From an uncultured bacterium (GTDB lineage Bacteria > Patescibacteriota > Patescibacteriia > Magasanikbacterales > GWA2-37-8), in the NCBI GenBank assembly GCA_937903605.1, contig CALCZC010000007.1, positions 189,805 through 253,804 on the forward strand: a stretch of 64,000 nt of DNA, in the 5' to 3' direction. Of this stretch, positions 1 through 11,700 are shown in pieces (within the stretch, counting starts at the first letter, position 1; each line of letters opens with the position of its first letter). A model generated the notes under the pieces. It ran no database searches and was not told where the DNA came from. It saw only the letters and a program-made list of their open reading frames with translations. A program made the translations under genes and the position numbers.

Positions 1-101
1 AGTGTCATATTTCAATATCTTGAGTATATAATAGCTAAAATAATTTTTCAATACAACAATAAATCTTTTTGCTTTAATTTAGCATAGTTATGCTAATCAC
101 C

Positions 102-146
102 GGCCCCGCTGAGCGGGGCTACTCTCGCGCTTAGCGCGAGGCTTGC
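102..146. repeat. Double GC-TNA-GC hairpin palindrome (homologous to 24558-24603)
   Basis: ggccccgctgagcggggct + ctcgcgcttagcgcgag; ends at the rpmF -35 hexamer. Confidence 0.7.
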
Positions 147-171
147 AAATTTTTTAAGTTTATTATATACT
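143..171 (+). promoter_or_regulatory. sigma70-type promoter for rpmF-nusB-rnc
   Basis: TTGCAA(143-148)-N17-TATACT(166-171). Confidence 0.55.
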
Positions 172-227
172 GGAAGCAAATCGCTTATTAAACGCGAAAT
201 TTTTAATGTATTTAATATTTTAATCCT

Positions 228-425
228 ATGGGTTTACCAGGCCATAGACGAACTTCGTCTCATAAAAGAAAAAGAGCTGCTCATTTTGCTCTTTCCTCTA
301 CCGCTATTAATGCTTGCCCAAAATGTGGCAAAGCTGTTCGTCCGCATCGCGCATGCGCTTTTTGCGGTACTTATAAAGGAAAACAAGTGATTAAAACTGA
401 AAAAAAATTAACTAAAAAGAAATAA
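228..425 (+). CDS. rpmF: 50S ribosomal protein bL32
   Basis: Basic 65 aa, CPKCG..RPHRACAFCG zinc ribbon. Confidence 0.95.
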   Translation: MGLPGHRRTSSHKRKRAAHFALSSTAINACPKCGKAVRPHRACAFCGTYKGKQVIKTEKKLTKKK

Positions 426-437
426 CTTTGAAATCTT

Positions 438-1016
438 ATGTCCAATCGCCATTTGGCGCGCAGTATCGCGCTGCAAGTCCTTTTTGAATGGGACTTTCGC
501 GGGAAAAATTTACAAGAACTCGGTTCTATCGTTGAACACGACTTGTTAGAATTTGGCGCGGGATTGAACGAAAAAGATTTTACTCTTTCTTTGGTTAATG
601 GTGTTATTGAAAACATACCCGCCATTGACGAGGTTATTATCAAATACGCTCCGAGTTGGCCTATAGAGCAGATTACCAACGTAGATCGCAATGTTTTACG
701 TTTGGGAATATATGAGCTCAAGATAGCTCAAGAAGTTCCACCAAAAGTAGCCATCAATGAGGCTATAGAATTGGCTAAGAGTTATGGTGGTCCTGCTTCA
801 GGCAAATTTGTCAACGGAGTTTTGGGTTCTATCTACAAGGATATTCCCGAAGATGAAAAAATCGCTTTAGAGGAAAAAACTAAAAAGAAAGATAAAATAG
901 AAGAAAGCGAAGAAGTTGAAGAAACTACAGAGGAAATTACCGAGAATGAAACTGAAGTTGAAAAAAATACAAATAATAACGAAGATGACTACGAAACACC
1001 CGATGTTGAAAGATAA
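438..1016 (+). CDS. nusB: Transcription antitermination factor NusB with acidic C-terminal tail
   Basis: [41 protein letters not shown] motifs. Confidence 0.95.
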   Translation: MSNRHLARSIALQVLFEWDFRGKNLQELGSIVEHDLLEFGAGLNEKDFTLSLVNGVIENIPAIDEVIIKYAPSWPIEQITNVDRNVLRLGIYELKIAQEVPPKVAINEAIELAKSYGGPASGKFVNGVLGSIYKDIPEDEKIALEEKTKKKDKIEESEEVEETTEEITENETEVEKNTNNNEDDYETPDVER

Positions 1017-1021
1017 AATAT

Positions 1022-1828
1022 ATGCCGATAAAAAAAACAATTTCAAAAAATAAAATAAAAAAGGATTTACGCAATTTACCGGAAATCAAAGAGCGTAATT
1101 TTGAAATTCTGGAAGAAAAAATCGGTATTAAATTCAAAAATTTTGAATATCTAGTTCAAGCGTTTGTCCATCGTTCTTATCTCAACGAACATCATGATTT
1201 TCCTCTTTCTCACAATGAACGACTGGAGTTTTTGGGTGATGCGGTGGTTGAACTCATTGTAACCGAACATCTTTTCAATGAATACGGTAACCCCGAGGGC
1301 GAGCTAACCAATTGGCGCGCAGCTTTGGTAAACGCCAAAATCCTCTCCTCTATCGCCTATGAGATAGGCACTGAACCATTTCTCTTTTTGAGTCACGGCG
1401 AATCCAAAGACGCCGGCACCAAAGCTCGCGATTATATCATGGCCAATTTGTTTGAAGCGCTGGTCGGGGCGATTTATCTAGATCAAGGATATGAAGCTAC
1501 TACTAAATTTTTACAAACCTGGGTATTGCCAAAATTACCCTATATTTTAGAAAATGGCTTATACTTGGACCCTAAAAGCAGGTTCCAAGAAAGCGCTCAG
1601 GAGCTGGTTGGAGTAACGCCGACTTACAAAGTTATCAGTGAAGAAGGTCCGGATCATGCCAAAAATTTCAAAGTCGGAGTTTATCTGGACAAAGAATTGG
1701 TGGCCGAAGGAAACGGCACCAGCAAACAAGAGGCTCAAACAGAAGCTGCAGAAATAGCACTCAAAATCAAAGGATGGAAAGGCCCGAAGATAGATATTAT
1801 TAAGAGAAAATCTGGTGATCCAATATAG
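1022..1828 (+). CDS. rnc: Ribonuclease III
   Basis: HNERLEFLGDAV signature and C-terminal dsRBD (DPKSRFQE..GPDH..GTSKQEAQ). Confidence 0.96.
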   Translation: MPIKKTISKNKIKKDLRNLPEIKERNFEILEEKIGIKFKNFEYLVQAFVHRSYLNEHHDFPLSHNERLEFLGDAVVELIVTEHLFNEYGNPEGELTNWRAALVNAKILSSIAYEIGTEPFLFLSHGESKDAGTKARDYIMANLFEALVGAIYLDQGYEATTKFLQTWVLPKLPYILENGLYLDPKSRFQESAQELVGVTPTYKVISEEGPDHAKNFKVGVYLDKELVAEGNGTSKQEAQTEAAEIALKIKGWKGPKIDIIKRKSGDPI

Positions 1829-1829
1829 C

Positions 1830-1897
1830 CGGTCTTCAGACTTCAGACTACTGACTACGGAACACAGAAGACAGAAGACTGTAGACCGAAGTCCGAC
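1830..1897. repeat. Inverted pair of imperfect heptamer arrays (cttcaga/ctactga ... cagaaga/gtagacc)
   Basis: Visible 7-nt periodicity; same family as 22195-22281 and 39772-39790. Confidence 0.7.
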
Positions 1898-1899
1898 AC

Positions 1900-1972
1900 G
1901 GGTCGCTAGCTCAGCTGGTAGAGCAGGTCCCTCTTAAGGACAAGGTCCGGAGTTCGAATCTCCGGCGACCCA
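1900..1972 (+). tRNA. tRNA-Lys(CTT), CCA not encoded
   Basis: Acceptor GGGTCGC/GCGACCC-A, D-arm GCTC..GAGC, anticodon loop CT-CTT-AA, T-arm CGGAG-TTCGAAT-CTCCG. Confidence 0.93.
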
Positions 1973-1974
1973 CT

Positions 1975-2010
1975 AAAAAATAACTTCTCATTTATGAGGA
2001 GTTATTTTTT
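1975..2010. terminator. Bidirectional intrinsic terminator-like hairpin after tRNA-Lys
   Basis: aaaaaataacttctca-ttta-tgaggagttatttttt. Confidence 0.7.
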
Positions 2011-2020
2011 ATTATGTTGA

Positions 2021-2153
2021 GCCGGAGATTCGAACAAAGGGGTGGTGGGGAAAGTATTTCCCCACATTACCGAGGAGGAGCTGTTGAGGAACCCGAAGGT
2101 TCCTCAAGGAGGAGGCCAAAGGCCGACGACGTTCGATTCCTCCGGCGACCCAC
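2021..2153. other. tRNA-associated structured element, copy 1 (anti-T-arm, conserved hairpin core, duplicated tRNA 3' end)
   Basis: 2021-2035 is the exact reverse complement of 1952-1966; 2140-2153 equals 1960-1973; core homologous to 17991-18118. Confidence 0.85.
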
Positions 2154-2232
2154 GACGCTTAGCGTCGTTAAAGGAACGCTTAGCGTTCCACAAACCGCTA
2201 AGTATACGAAGGGACGCTCAGCGTCCCACAAA
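2154..2232. repeat. Cluster of GACGCTNAGCGTC mini-hairpins
   Basis: gacgcttagcgtc, ggaacgcttagcgttcc, gggacgctcagcgtccc. Confidence 0.75.
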
Positions 2233-2290
2233 CAAAACAATCCTGCGTCAGCGGGATTTTTTTGTTTATACGATTAAGGCGAACTTTTTT

Positions 2291-2337
2291 GTCATTCCCG
2301 CGAAGGGACGCTGAGCGTTCCGAAGGCGGGAATCCAG
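2291..2337. repeat. REP-like palindrome GTCATTCCCGC..GCGGGAATCCAG with a hairpin inserted in its loop
   Basis: Left inverted flank of the GIY-YIG gene; cgaagg duplicated around gacgctgagcgttc. Confidence 0.8.
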
Positions 2338-2343
2338 TGGTGA

Positions 2344-2640
2344 TCAAAATGGCAATAATTCGTCGTACAAATCTTTCCATTGTGGATTATTTTCTTCAAT
2401 CAATCTTAATTTCCATTTTCTATTCCATTTTTTAAGATGTTTTTCTCTTGATATGGCATTATCTATATTATCGTAAACTTCATAATATACCAAAATATGT
2501 ACATTGTATTTTTTGGTAAAGCCTTTTATTGTATTACTTTTATGCTCAAAATTTCTTCTAATCAAATCATTGGTTACGCCGGTATATAATGTACCGTTTT
2601 TCTGACTAGCTAAAATATAGACATAATATTGTTTGGACAT
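2344..2640 (-). CDS. Small stand-alone GIY-YIG nuclease (UPF0213/YhbQ-like)
   Basis: YYVYILAS..GTLYTGVTNDLIRR..EH..GFTKKY..LVYYE..AISREKHLKKWNR. Confidence 0.92.
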   Translation of the reverse strand: MSKQYYVYILASQKNGTLYTGVTNDLIRRNFEHKSNTIKGFTKKYNVHILVYYEVYDNIDNAISREKHLKKWNRKWKLRLIEENNPQWKDLYDELLPF

Positions 2641-2661
2641 ATATTATACATTAATACTTTC

Positions 2662-2710
2662 CTGGATCCCCGCCTTTCCCAAAGGGAGGCCTTTGGCCCG
2701 CGGGGATGAC
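2662..2710. repeat. REP-like palindrome CTGGATCCCCGC..GCGGGGATGAC (inverted partner of 2291-2337)
   Basis: Reverse complement begins GTCATCCCCGCG and ends GCGGGGATCCAG; carries a different loop insert. Confidence 0.8.
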
Positions 2711-2714
2711 AATC

Positions 2715-2747
2715 AAAAACCGCTCCTATTTATTAGGAACGGTTTTT
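2715..2747 (-). terminator. Terminator downstream of the giant gene
   Basis: aaaaaccgctccta-tttat-taggaacggttttt. Confidence 0.6.
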
Positions 2748-2756
2748 ATTATTTTT

Positions 2757-5700
2757 TTATTCCACAGGAACATCTGCCGGAGTTTCAGCCGGGGCTGCAG
2801 GTTCTTCAGTCGGAGAGGTATCTGGTACCGGTTCTTCTACCGGAGGTGTTTCTTCAACCGGCTCTACCGGCGTTTCAGCCGGAGGCGTTTCTGTTACAGG
2901 TTCTATTGGAGTTTCCGCCGGCGCTTCTATCGGCGCGGATGGCGTGGATTCGCCAGAGCTTTCAATCGGCGGTAAAATTATTTCTTCGTTTATTTTATTA
3001 TAAAAATCTTTTAACGATTCTACCGTGCCGTTTGAACTATAAATTTTCGTATCATCCTCCACTATATAGGCCTGCCAATTAAATATTACACTATCGGTCG
3101 CTTGTTCGGTCAAAGTAATTTCAAATCCGCGAGTCGTGACATTTTGTAATTTCCAACGACCGTCAAAATTGAGAGGGGTAATTCCCATCATCGGTGGTAC
3201 GGCATATTCTCCTTCAAAATCAACTTTCACCGAAATATCTCCGGCCATAATTTGCGCTTGACCCAACAAATTAGTTTCCATTTCTTCAGGGATTTCTTCA
3301 ACAATTTCTTCAGTAGTCAACATCGGGGTTTCCTTTGAATCATCTTGCCATACGCGATAATAATCAATATCTATATATTGCGCCCCGCCTCCGGCTACGG
3401 TATTGTTCATAATCATAGAAGTCAACCCGACAGTCGGAATATTGGTCGTTGCTTGACCGCAATAAAACCAATCCACTCCGTCAGTTGCATCGTTATCAAT
3501 ATAAAAATTTATCTCTCCCGTCCCGTCACCATTACTGGAAACTACTTCTATTTTTGCCACCCCAAATACAGCAGTGTTGATAGCTTGTCCCGCACAATCA
3601 ACAACAGTGGAAGCTCCGGCGCGACGCGAAACACCCTGCCACTCTCCGTTGGTGGTGTTATTGGTAAAATAAACACCGTTTAGAGGGTCTGCAGTTTGAG
3701 CTCGAGACAGATTGCTCAAACCAATTCTAAATCGGATATTGGCAGTAACAGCGGACGGAGAAGCTTTGAAAGTTATGACCGGTAAATTGGCGGTATTAAA
3801 GACAAGATTGGCGGTTCCGGCAGTTGTAATCCCATGATATGCCAAACAAGAGTTGGCGCCATTTGTCGCTTGCTGTCTGCCGATACCGTTTACTCCGTTT
3901 GCCACTGAACTCCAAGTACAAGCCGTATTTTCATCAACTGTGAATTGTTGAAAATCACCCCAAGCATACAAAGTATCTGCAGTCACATTTCCTCTACCGC
4001 GCATAAATTCTTCGCCAAAATAAGAATTTCTAGCAATAAAAGCTCCTGTTTCTAAACTCATCCCAAAATTTTGTGATAAATATTTTGCCTCACCCACAAC
4101 AACTCCATCTGAATTTAGCCAATGTTGTAAAGCTGCAGTTTGTCCAACCATACCCTGAACAGCTAAACCAACATTAGTAGTAGTAGCAGTCAAAATATGA
4201 ACCTGACCGGAAAAAACATTTGTATCATTAGCAAAACCACCAAAGCCTATTTCACCAGTTCTAGCTATTTGCATATCTGAATATTCTGTACTACTACCTA
4301 CGGGCTGACGCTTAATACTCCAATAAGGAGTATCGGCTCTGGTATCTAAACGGAAAATAGCACCAATAGAAGAAGTATTTCTATCCCCCAGCTGAGTAGC
4401 ATTAATACCATAGCTCAATAATGTTCCCCCGACTTCTGAGAATAAACCAGCTTTCCATGTAGAACTGTTGGTTACATTCAAACCAATTAAATCAGTGGAA
4501 CCAGCTCGATTAGGGAAAGCATTTGGACCAATTATCCAACCGTCAGTGCCTGAAGTAATTCTGAAATCTCCTTCGTTCAAACTCAATTTAGAAATAGGGG
4601 TAGACGTCCCAATGCCTATATATCCACCATTGGTTATTCTCATTCTTTCATTTTCCGCTTGCCAACCATCAGTCATAAAAATAAGTGCAGCATCGGTACT
4701 GGTAGATTCATTTATAAAATAAGAACCACCCGGAGCTACAGAGTCCCAAACTGCACTTCCTGGCAAAACACCCGCGAAACCTGGAGTGTCTATGCCATAA
4801 TAACCCAATTGTAAAAATTCAACATCACTCCCAGCTTTTAAATTAAATAAAGCTGTTTTGGTACTACTTCCAGATTTTACCTCTGCAGTAAGACCATTAT
4901 CCGGTTCATAAATTCGCAATTTATAATAACCAATATCCGAAGTTCCTATACCGACATGGCCGTATTGATTTACAATTAATGCTGGTTCAGAAGAACTAGT
5001 CATAATACTCAACAACGGATAAGTGGTTGTGCCGGTAATGGATAACATAGCCCCAGGATCTTGCTGATTAATACCTATTGTACCGGTAGAATTCAAAGTT
5101 AAAACATTGTTAAATAATCCCGCATCATCTACAAAATAAAATATAAATTTATCATCTTGATTATCATCTCTTTTTGAAAGTTGCCAATATTTATTATTTT
5201 GGGTTACAAAATTCAAGTTTGTAGCTCCCGCAATAGTTTTTTGTAAAATTGTCATTGCCGGGCCTGCATTATCTGTCACTACATGCAAAGGTGCTTGAGG
5301 AGTAGTAGTACCGATACCAACAGGACCACCAATCACCATTTTACCTGTGGTAGTAACATCGCCATTTACCTGTAAAGCAGTTGAACTCACTAAACCCGAA
5401 ACCATCAAACCGTTTGATAATTCAAATTGTGTAGCAGAATTATTCCAACGTAGATAATTATTAATGCCATTGTTAAAATAAAAATTATTATTTCCTGCAG
5501 TAGTAAATTGAATATTATCACCAAACAAAACCGGACCGGATAAAGTAGATGTTCCGGTGACCGATAAATTTCCACCTAACTTAGAGTGTCCAACTACTTC
5601 AAATTTTACATTACTACTGGTGGCACTATTTCCTACCACTACTGCATAATCTCCTGTTAAGTCCGGATAAACAACATTAGCGGTCGTAGTTACCCAAATA

Positions 5701-8700
5701 CTACTGCCTCCGCCACCAGATGGCCAAGTATTGCGAGTCACTCCGCCCAAAGTGATGGAATCAGCCACCAAAATATCAGTGGTACTCACTGTGCCTAAAA
5801 CATTGATATTGTTTACAGTCAAATCCGAAATCGTAGTTGTAGCCAAAATTGAATTACCCAAAACATTCAGCGTGCCGTCAATATATACCGAAGAACTGGC
5901 ATAAATAATATCTTTGAACCACACCGGAAGAGTTGTGGAAGTTGTCAAAACATTTCCGCCGTTGTGCGAAGCTAACAACCAGTTGGCGGTCGCCCCGCCG
6001 GCACTCGCCAACAAATTTCCGTTCCAATAAAGATCTCCGCCAATGTTGTAAATAGAGTTGGTGGTAGTGGCTGTGGCCGTATCTCCAATATAAATACCTC
6101 CGTCAACGTGGAGTTTGTTAAGCGGATCATAAAGTGCTTGGCCGATACCCACAAACCCGGTTCCTGCCTGAATAGTCAAAATGTCGTCCCCTTCCGCCCC
6201 GACTGAGTCGTCCCAAAGACGAAAATCCAGAGAACTGGTCGGCATATACCAAGACCAACCATTGTCATAACTACCACTATTCACGCGACGGATATAATGT
6301 CCCGCCTCACCGTTACCATTGGCGACAATGGTAATATAATTACGAGAGCTGGTAGGACTGGAGCTTAAATCAGATCCCCAAACTTCCAAAAGATCATAAG
6401 GTGTGGAAGTGCCTATTCCAAAAGAACCCTCAAATGTGGCAAAAGATTTATTTTGTAAATCACCATGACCGTTACTAATAAAATATTCCACTGTGCCGGA
6501 AACTCCGTCCGCAGTATATCTCACCGGGAAAATATCAGTATCTGTTTTGAACTGGTTGGAAGTCAACACTATATGATCGTTGGCCGTATTGGCGGAGCTA
6601 AGGTAAACATTGTTTTCACTAACCCCCGGACCGGCCCAAGCAAAAGAAGAATTGGTGATTTGCACTCCGGATAAAACAGTGGAACTGTTCACATAAGCCG
6701 GAATCAATTTTACGCTTCCCGGAGCCACAGTCAAAATTGTTGCAAATGCCGAATCAACATAAGTATTAAATCTGGCATTATCATGATAAAAAATCTTAAC
6801 GTTATTTGCCGGAGCAGTGGCATAAATCGGAAAAGTGATTACAGGGTCTTTGATAGTAGCAATACTACGTAAACTTTGATTATCGGTATAAAGCACAGAT
6901 AGATCATCGTCACTGTCATAAGTATTTACAAAAATTTCCGGGTTATAGATATAAGCGTTGGTAATAGTTGAGCTGGTTAGATAAAAAATGGTATTTATTT
7001 TTGTCCCAACAGTATTGGTAGTTTGAGTAAAGTTGTATTTATTGGCGGTAAAACTTTCCAAAGTGCCGTTTTCTTGATAAACCACGGCTTGGATATCTTT
7101 ACTACCGTCCGTATATTTCGCACCCACAGTTACATTTTTCAAAACAGATTTACCTGCGCTTTTTATCTCTACCGCATAATCATCCGTATTTTCCAGATCA
7201 ACCATAGATAAAACACTGCCATAAGTCATATCAAACGTGACTTTGCCTTTGATAAAAGTATTACAACCCATACCTCGAACTACTACAAAATCTTTCATCT
7301 GCAAATCTTCGGTGAAAGTTCCGGCGGAAACTGAAACCGTATAAGGATTGGTAGAAGACGATAAAACCGCGGCCGTATCAATAGCGTTTTGGATGGTTTT
7401 TTTTGCTCTGGCCGTACTGTTGCCATCAAAACTGTCTTTACCGCTCACCGCGTTAACATAAATAATATTACCTTCAATAAGCGCGTCATTAATAACGATT
7501 TCCGACCAAACATTGTGATTATTATTGATATTGCGAAGTTCCATGATACCGTTATTGTCACGGAAACCATATCCTGCTGCTCCGGTCGTAGTGCCAAAAT
7601 TAATATAACGATTTTCTCCTTCAATAAAAACATTACCACTAATTGATAACGGGGCCAAAGGAGTGGAAGTACCGATACCAACATAACCGGCATTACCCCC
7701 GCCGGTTCCAACTATCACCATACTTCTTTGTTCGTCGGTTGGATCAACATCAAAAATAATATCTCCGCCCGAGGCCAATGTCGAAAGTAATAAATCACTG
7801 ACTGAATACAACGCCAAACTGCCGGAAATTCCCGGGAGTCCGTCATTCCAGCCGGAACTCAAGGCTGTCAAACCGCCCAATTTTCCCAAATCGTTATACA
7901 AACTAAATTCCGCAGTAGAAGAAGGACCGGAGTTGTTATTGTGAATAGCCAAATTTAATTCATCATTAGTATCTCCGTATAAATAAAAGGCCTTGCCATT
8001 GACAGTGGTAGTATTTATAGCCACTAAACCGTTTTCATCTATAATCACGCGCTCTGTGCCGGCTGTTTGAAAATGAATTTTGTTTTCATTTGGTGAAGCT
8101 TCGGTTTCCACTTTAGTATCTCCGTCCGCGTCTTGAATATATGTGCTAGTATTACCACCGACAACCGGCGAGCCGTTCCAATAAAGTTGCCCGCCAAGAT
8201 TATAAAGGGTGTAAGAAGTTACTGCCGGAGAAGTACTGCAAATAGACAATCCACCTATTAATGTCAAAGCGTTTTTTGGTGTGGTAGTACCAATACCGAT
8301 AAAACCGCTGCTAGACACAAAAATATTACTGGTCGGCGCCCAAGAATCTCCATCCCAATAAGCAAATTGCCCTTCGGTAACACCAGGATCAACAGCAGTC
8401 AAAGGAACACTATTCATAAGATAACTACCGGTAATATCTATATCTCCGTCAACAGTCAATTGTGAATTGGGAGTGGAAGTACCAATACCGACATTGTCAC
8501 TACTGCCTTGTACAAACAAGGCATAATCATTATCCGGCGTCTTAACTTGAAAATCATAATTTCCACTACTACTGTTAAATATCGCTCCTCCTTGGAAATA
8601 CATCAACGAATTAAACCCATCCAAAGTCATTAATTTATTATCAATCAAACTTTTACCATCACCGGTGTCGTTGTTATAAAAATTAAAAAGCAAATTGGAG

Positions 8701-11700
8701 TTTGTTCCATATTTTGACATCATCCAACCTCGCATACTGGAAGTAGAACCAAATCCATCGGTATCCGAATAAAGATACAATCCGGCAATAGCACTCCTAT
8801 CTCCGCTGATTGCGGATAATTTTGCCTCACTGCTAGTCGCTTGAACTCCGAGCATCGTTCTTTCTCCGGGATTGTCATTAACAAAGATTAAACCATTATT
8901 TCTATAATAATCAGCTTGATAAGATAGTTTCGGAAGAATAGCCATGCCCGTATCAATTTTGATAACATCTTGATTGATATTGGAGTGCCTACCAAATAAA
9001 ACCACCCCTTCTTCTTCAGCCAAAGCGTAAAAATAAACATTGGCCGGATTATTGATGCTAATATCGGCACTGGAAAAAGCTCCGTCGCTCGAAGAAATAT
9101 TTATGGACGAACTGTCTTTTTGATCAATATTCAAAGTGGCCGCTTTCTGCAAATAACTGGCCGTAACTTTGGTAGCGGAATCGTCATTGGTAATAATGTT
9201 ATAATCCAAACCCCACATGTTGGAATAACGAATTTCCGCATAAGATCCGTTTCCTTCTATAAAAAGCCCTGTGCCCAAATCGCTGTTGGATCCGAATTCA
9301 CTGCCAACCATATAAAAAGATGACGAACCTGTCGTACTTTTCAAATGTACAAATCTGTTTTCAACATTTTCCATATAAACATTTTCGACTTGAGCTGCAG
9401 CACCGTTGTCTAAATTCACACCAATATTGCCGATATTATAAAAATCTGATTTGAAAATATTTAACAAGTTGGCTACTTGCATATTTATACCTGTCTCTGT
9501 GTCTATAATCACCAATTCGGAAAAATCCATCCAAACACTGCCGGTATTACTAACTCTAATAGCATCGCAACCGGATGTATTTCGAAAACCGACGGTTTGT
9601 GAACCGTCAATGGTCAACAAACGAATAGAAAAATCATTTTCTTCAGAAAAATTTATTTCAAAAATAGGACCGGGAGAACTGACCAGGTCCGTTGTCGGAC
9701 GAATCATCACCGCTTCTGTACTCATACCTCGAATACTTTTTATGTGAGTACTGGTAACAACCAAAGTAGATGAAACATCATAAACTCCGGGATAAATATT
9801 TATTATAGTGTCATAATCAACACCATTAGCAAAAGCAACAGCGTCTTCCAAATTATCAAAATCTCCCCCGCTTTTGGCCACATTGATGATATGGTCAACT
9901 TTGGTCGAAAAATTATTCCAACCACCACTCGCGTTCTTCCATTGCATCACCCCGGCATTATCGCGAATACCATAACCTACTGTCCCTGTATTATTTCCGA
10001 AATTCAAATACCTATCCGCGCCGGTAATAGAAAGATTGCCATAAACATCCAAAGCGGAAAGAGGAGAAGTGGTACCGATACCGACAGAACCTCCAAAATA
10101 ATTCACAGATGCTGTACCATCGGAATAAATATTAAAATTGGAATTTTGAGCAAAATTTTGTTCTTCGATATAAAGTCCGTACAAACTTCCGATTGTTCCC
10201 GTTCCCGTGCCGCTGGTCGGGTTATTAATTCTCATTCCAAAAGCCGTTCCAATATTTCCTCCTTCTATACCAAAATCTGATTGAATAGCCGAAGCATTGG
10301 AAATAATCCCATTACCTATACCGTTTTCAATATAACCGCTTAAGCCCAAAGCCAATCCTATGTTTCCGCTAAAATTTACATCTCCGGAACCATTAGTCGC
10401 TGTTTGTCCTCTCAATCCGAAAGCAACACCAACACTTCCCGTGGAATTGTCCAACTCGGCAGAAGAAATTTGTCCCAAAATCATGTTAACCGATCCTGAA
10501 CCTTGATGAATAACTTGATTTAAAAGACCGGCGATAACTTCAAAATTATTATTATTACCTTCATTGGTTGTAACACTGAGCAAAGTATTGATTGTTGTAG
10601 AAGCATCTTCTATAGGATCAAGCTCTATACCCATAACATTACCCAAAGTAAAGCCGTCTCCTGAATTTGATAAATTTGTATATTTTTTATAAGAAGCAAA
10701 AACCGAACCGCTTGGAATCTCTGCGGGAAAATTTTCTCCCACCATCAATTGAGTGATCGTGGTGGTGGACAAAGTGGAACTTCCTATAACATTCAAGTTG
10801 TTATTTATTATCAAAGCTCCGGTCATGGTATCGCCTGCAACATTAACCCAATTGTCCGTACCGGAGACCATAAAAGAGGTACTAGTAAAACCACTCCCCA
10901 CCAAACTCGTGCCGTTAAACCAAATAAATTCATTGCTCGCAAAACTGCCGGCATTGGTGCCGCCATTGGCAATCGGCAAAATTCCCGCGATATCGGAAGT
11001 CAGGTTTACTGTTGAAGTAGACCAAACACCGTTGTTAATTTTTACAAAACCTGTCCAACCGCTAGTGTCTTGTCCTGTCCCGCCATAATTGGTCGCAATA
11101 ATATCACCCTGCCATGTACCGGCGGAAATAGTACCAAAAGAAGATGCTCCGGTTAAGATAAGATTGGCAATAGTAGTCGTTGCCATCAGAGTATTTCCGG
11201 TAATGGCTAAATTTCCACTAATACTGGAAGTGGCAGTGCTACTGTTCATGGTTAAGTTTGCACCTGTAAATCCGCCGGATAAAATATTTAAATTCAAATT
11301 GTTATCCAGAGCCAAAAGCGTATTGGCCACAGCAGTGGAAGAAGCATGAAAACCGTCAACTCTGTCGGAATTGAAAGCATACGGATGAGTCGCCAAAATC
11401 ACACGCGGACTGGCTTCGTTGTCACTTTCTATTTTTACCGCCAAATAATAAGTACCTGTGCTAAAATCCAAATAACTCGGAAAAGCGCCGCAAGCACCAA
11501 GATTTACGGTAAAATATCCTTGGGCATCAGGTTGAACTTTGGGACAATTTCCGGAACTGCCGTCATAGACTTCAGTCCAAAGCAAAGGTCCGGCGGAACT
11601 TGGCGTATCTGTAGGAACTCCGGTGTTTGCGTTGTTATAAATAGAAAATTGAATAGTGGTAGAAGTAGTAATCGGCGTTCCTCCGTTATCTCGCAATCTG

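Noticed and set aside
1960-2153. Prophage or genomic island attL/attR at tRNA-Lys (and tRNA-Arg)
   Set aside because: Duplicated ends are only about 160-180 bp apart and no integrase is in the window; reported instead as a mini-element.
2014-2380. ORFs 2014-2277, 2042-2314 and 2198-2380 (also 17928-18146)
   Set aside because: They run through GC-rich palindromes or a tRNA and show no protein-like features.
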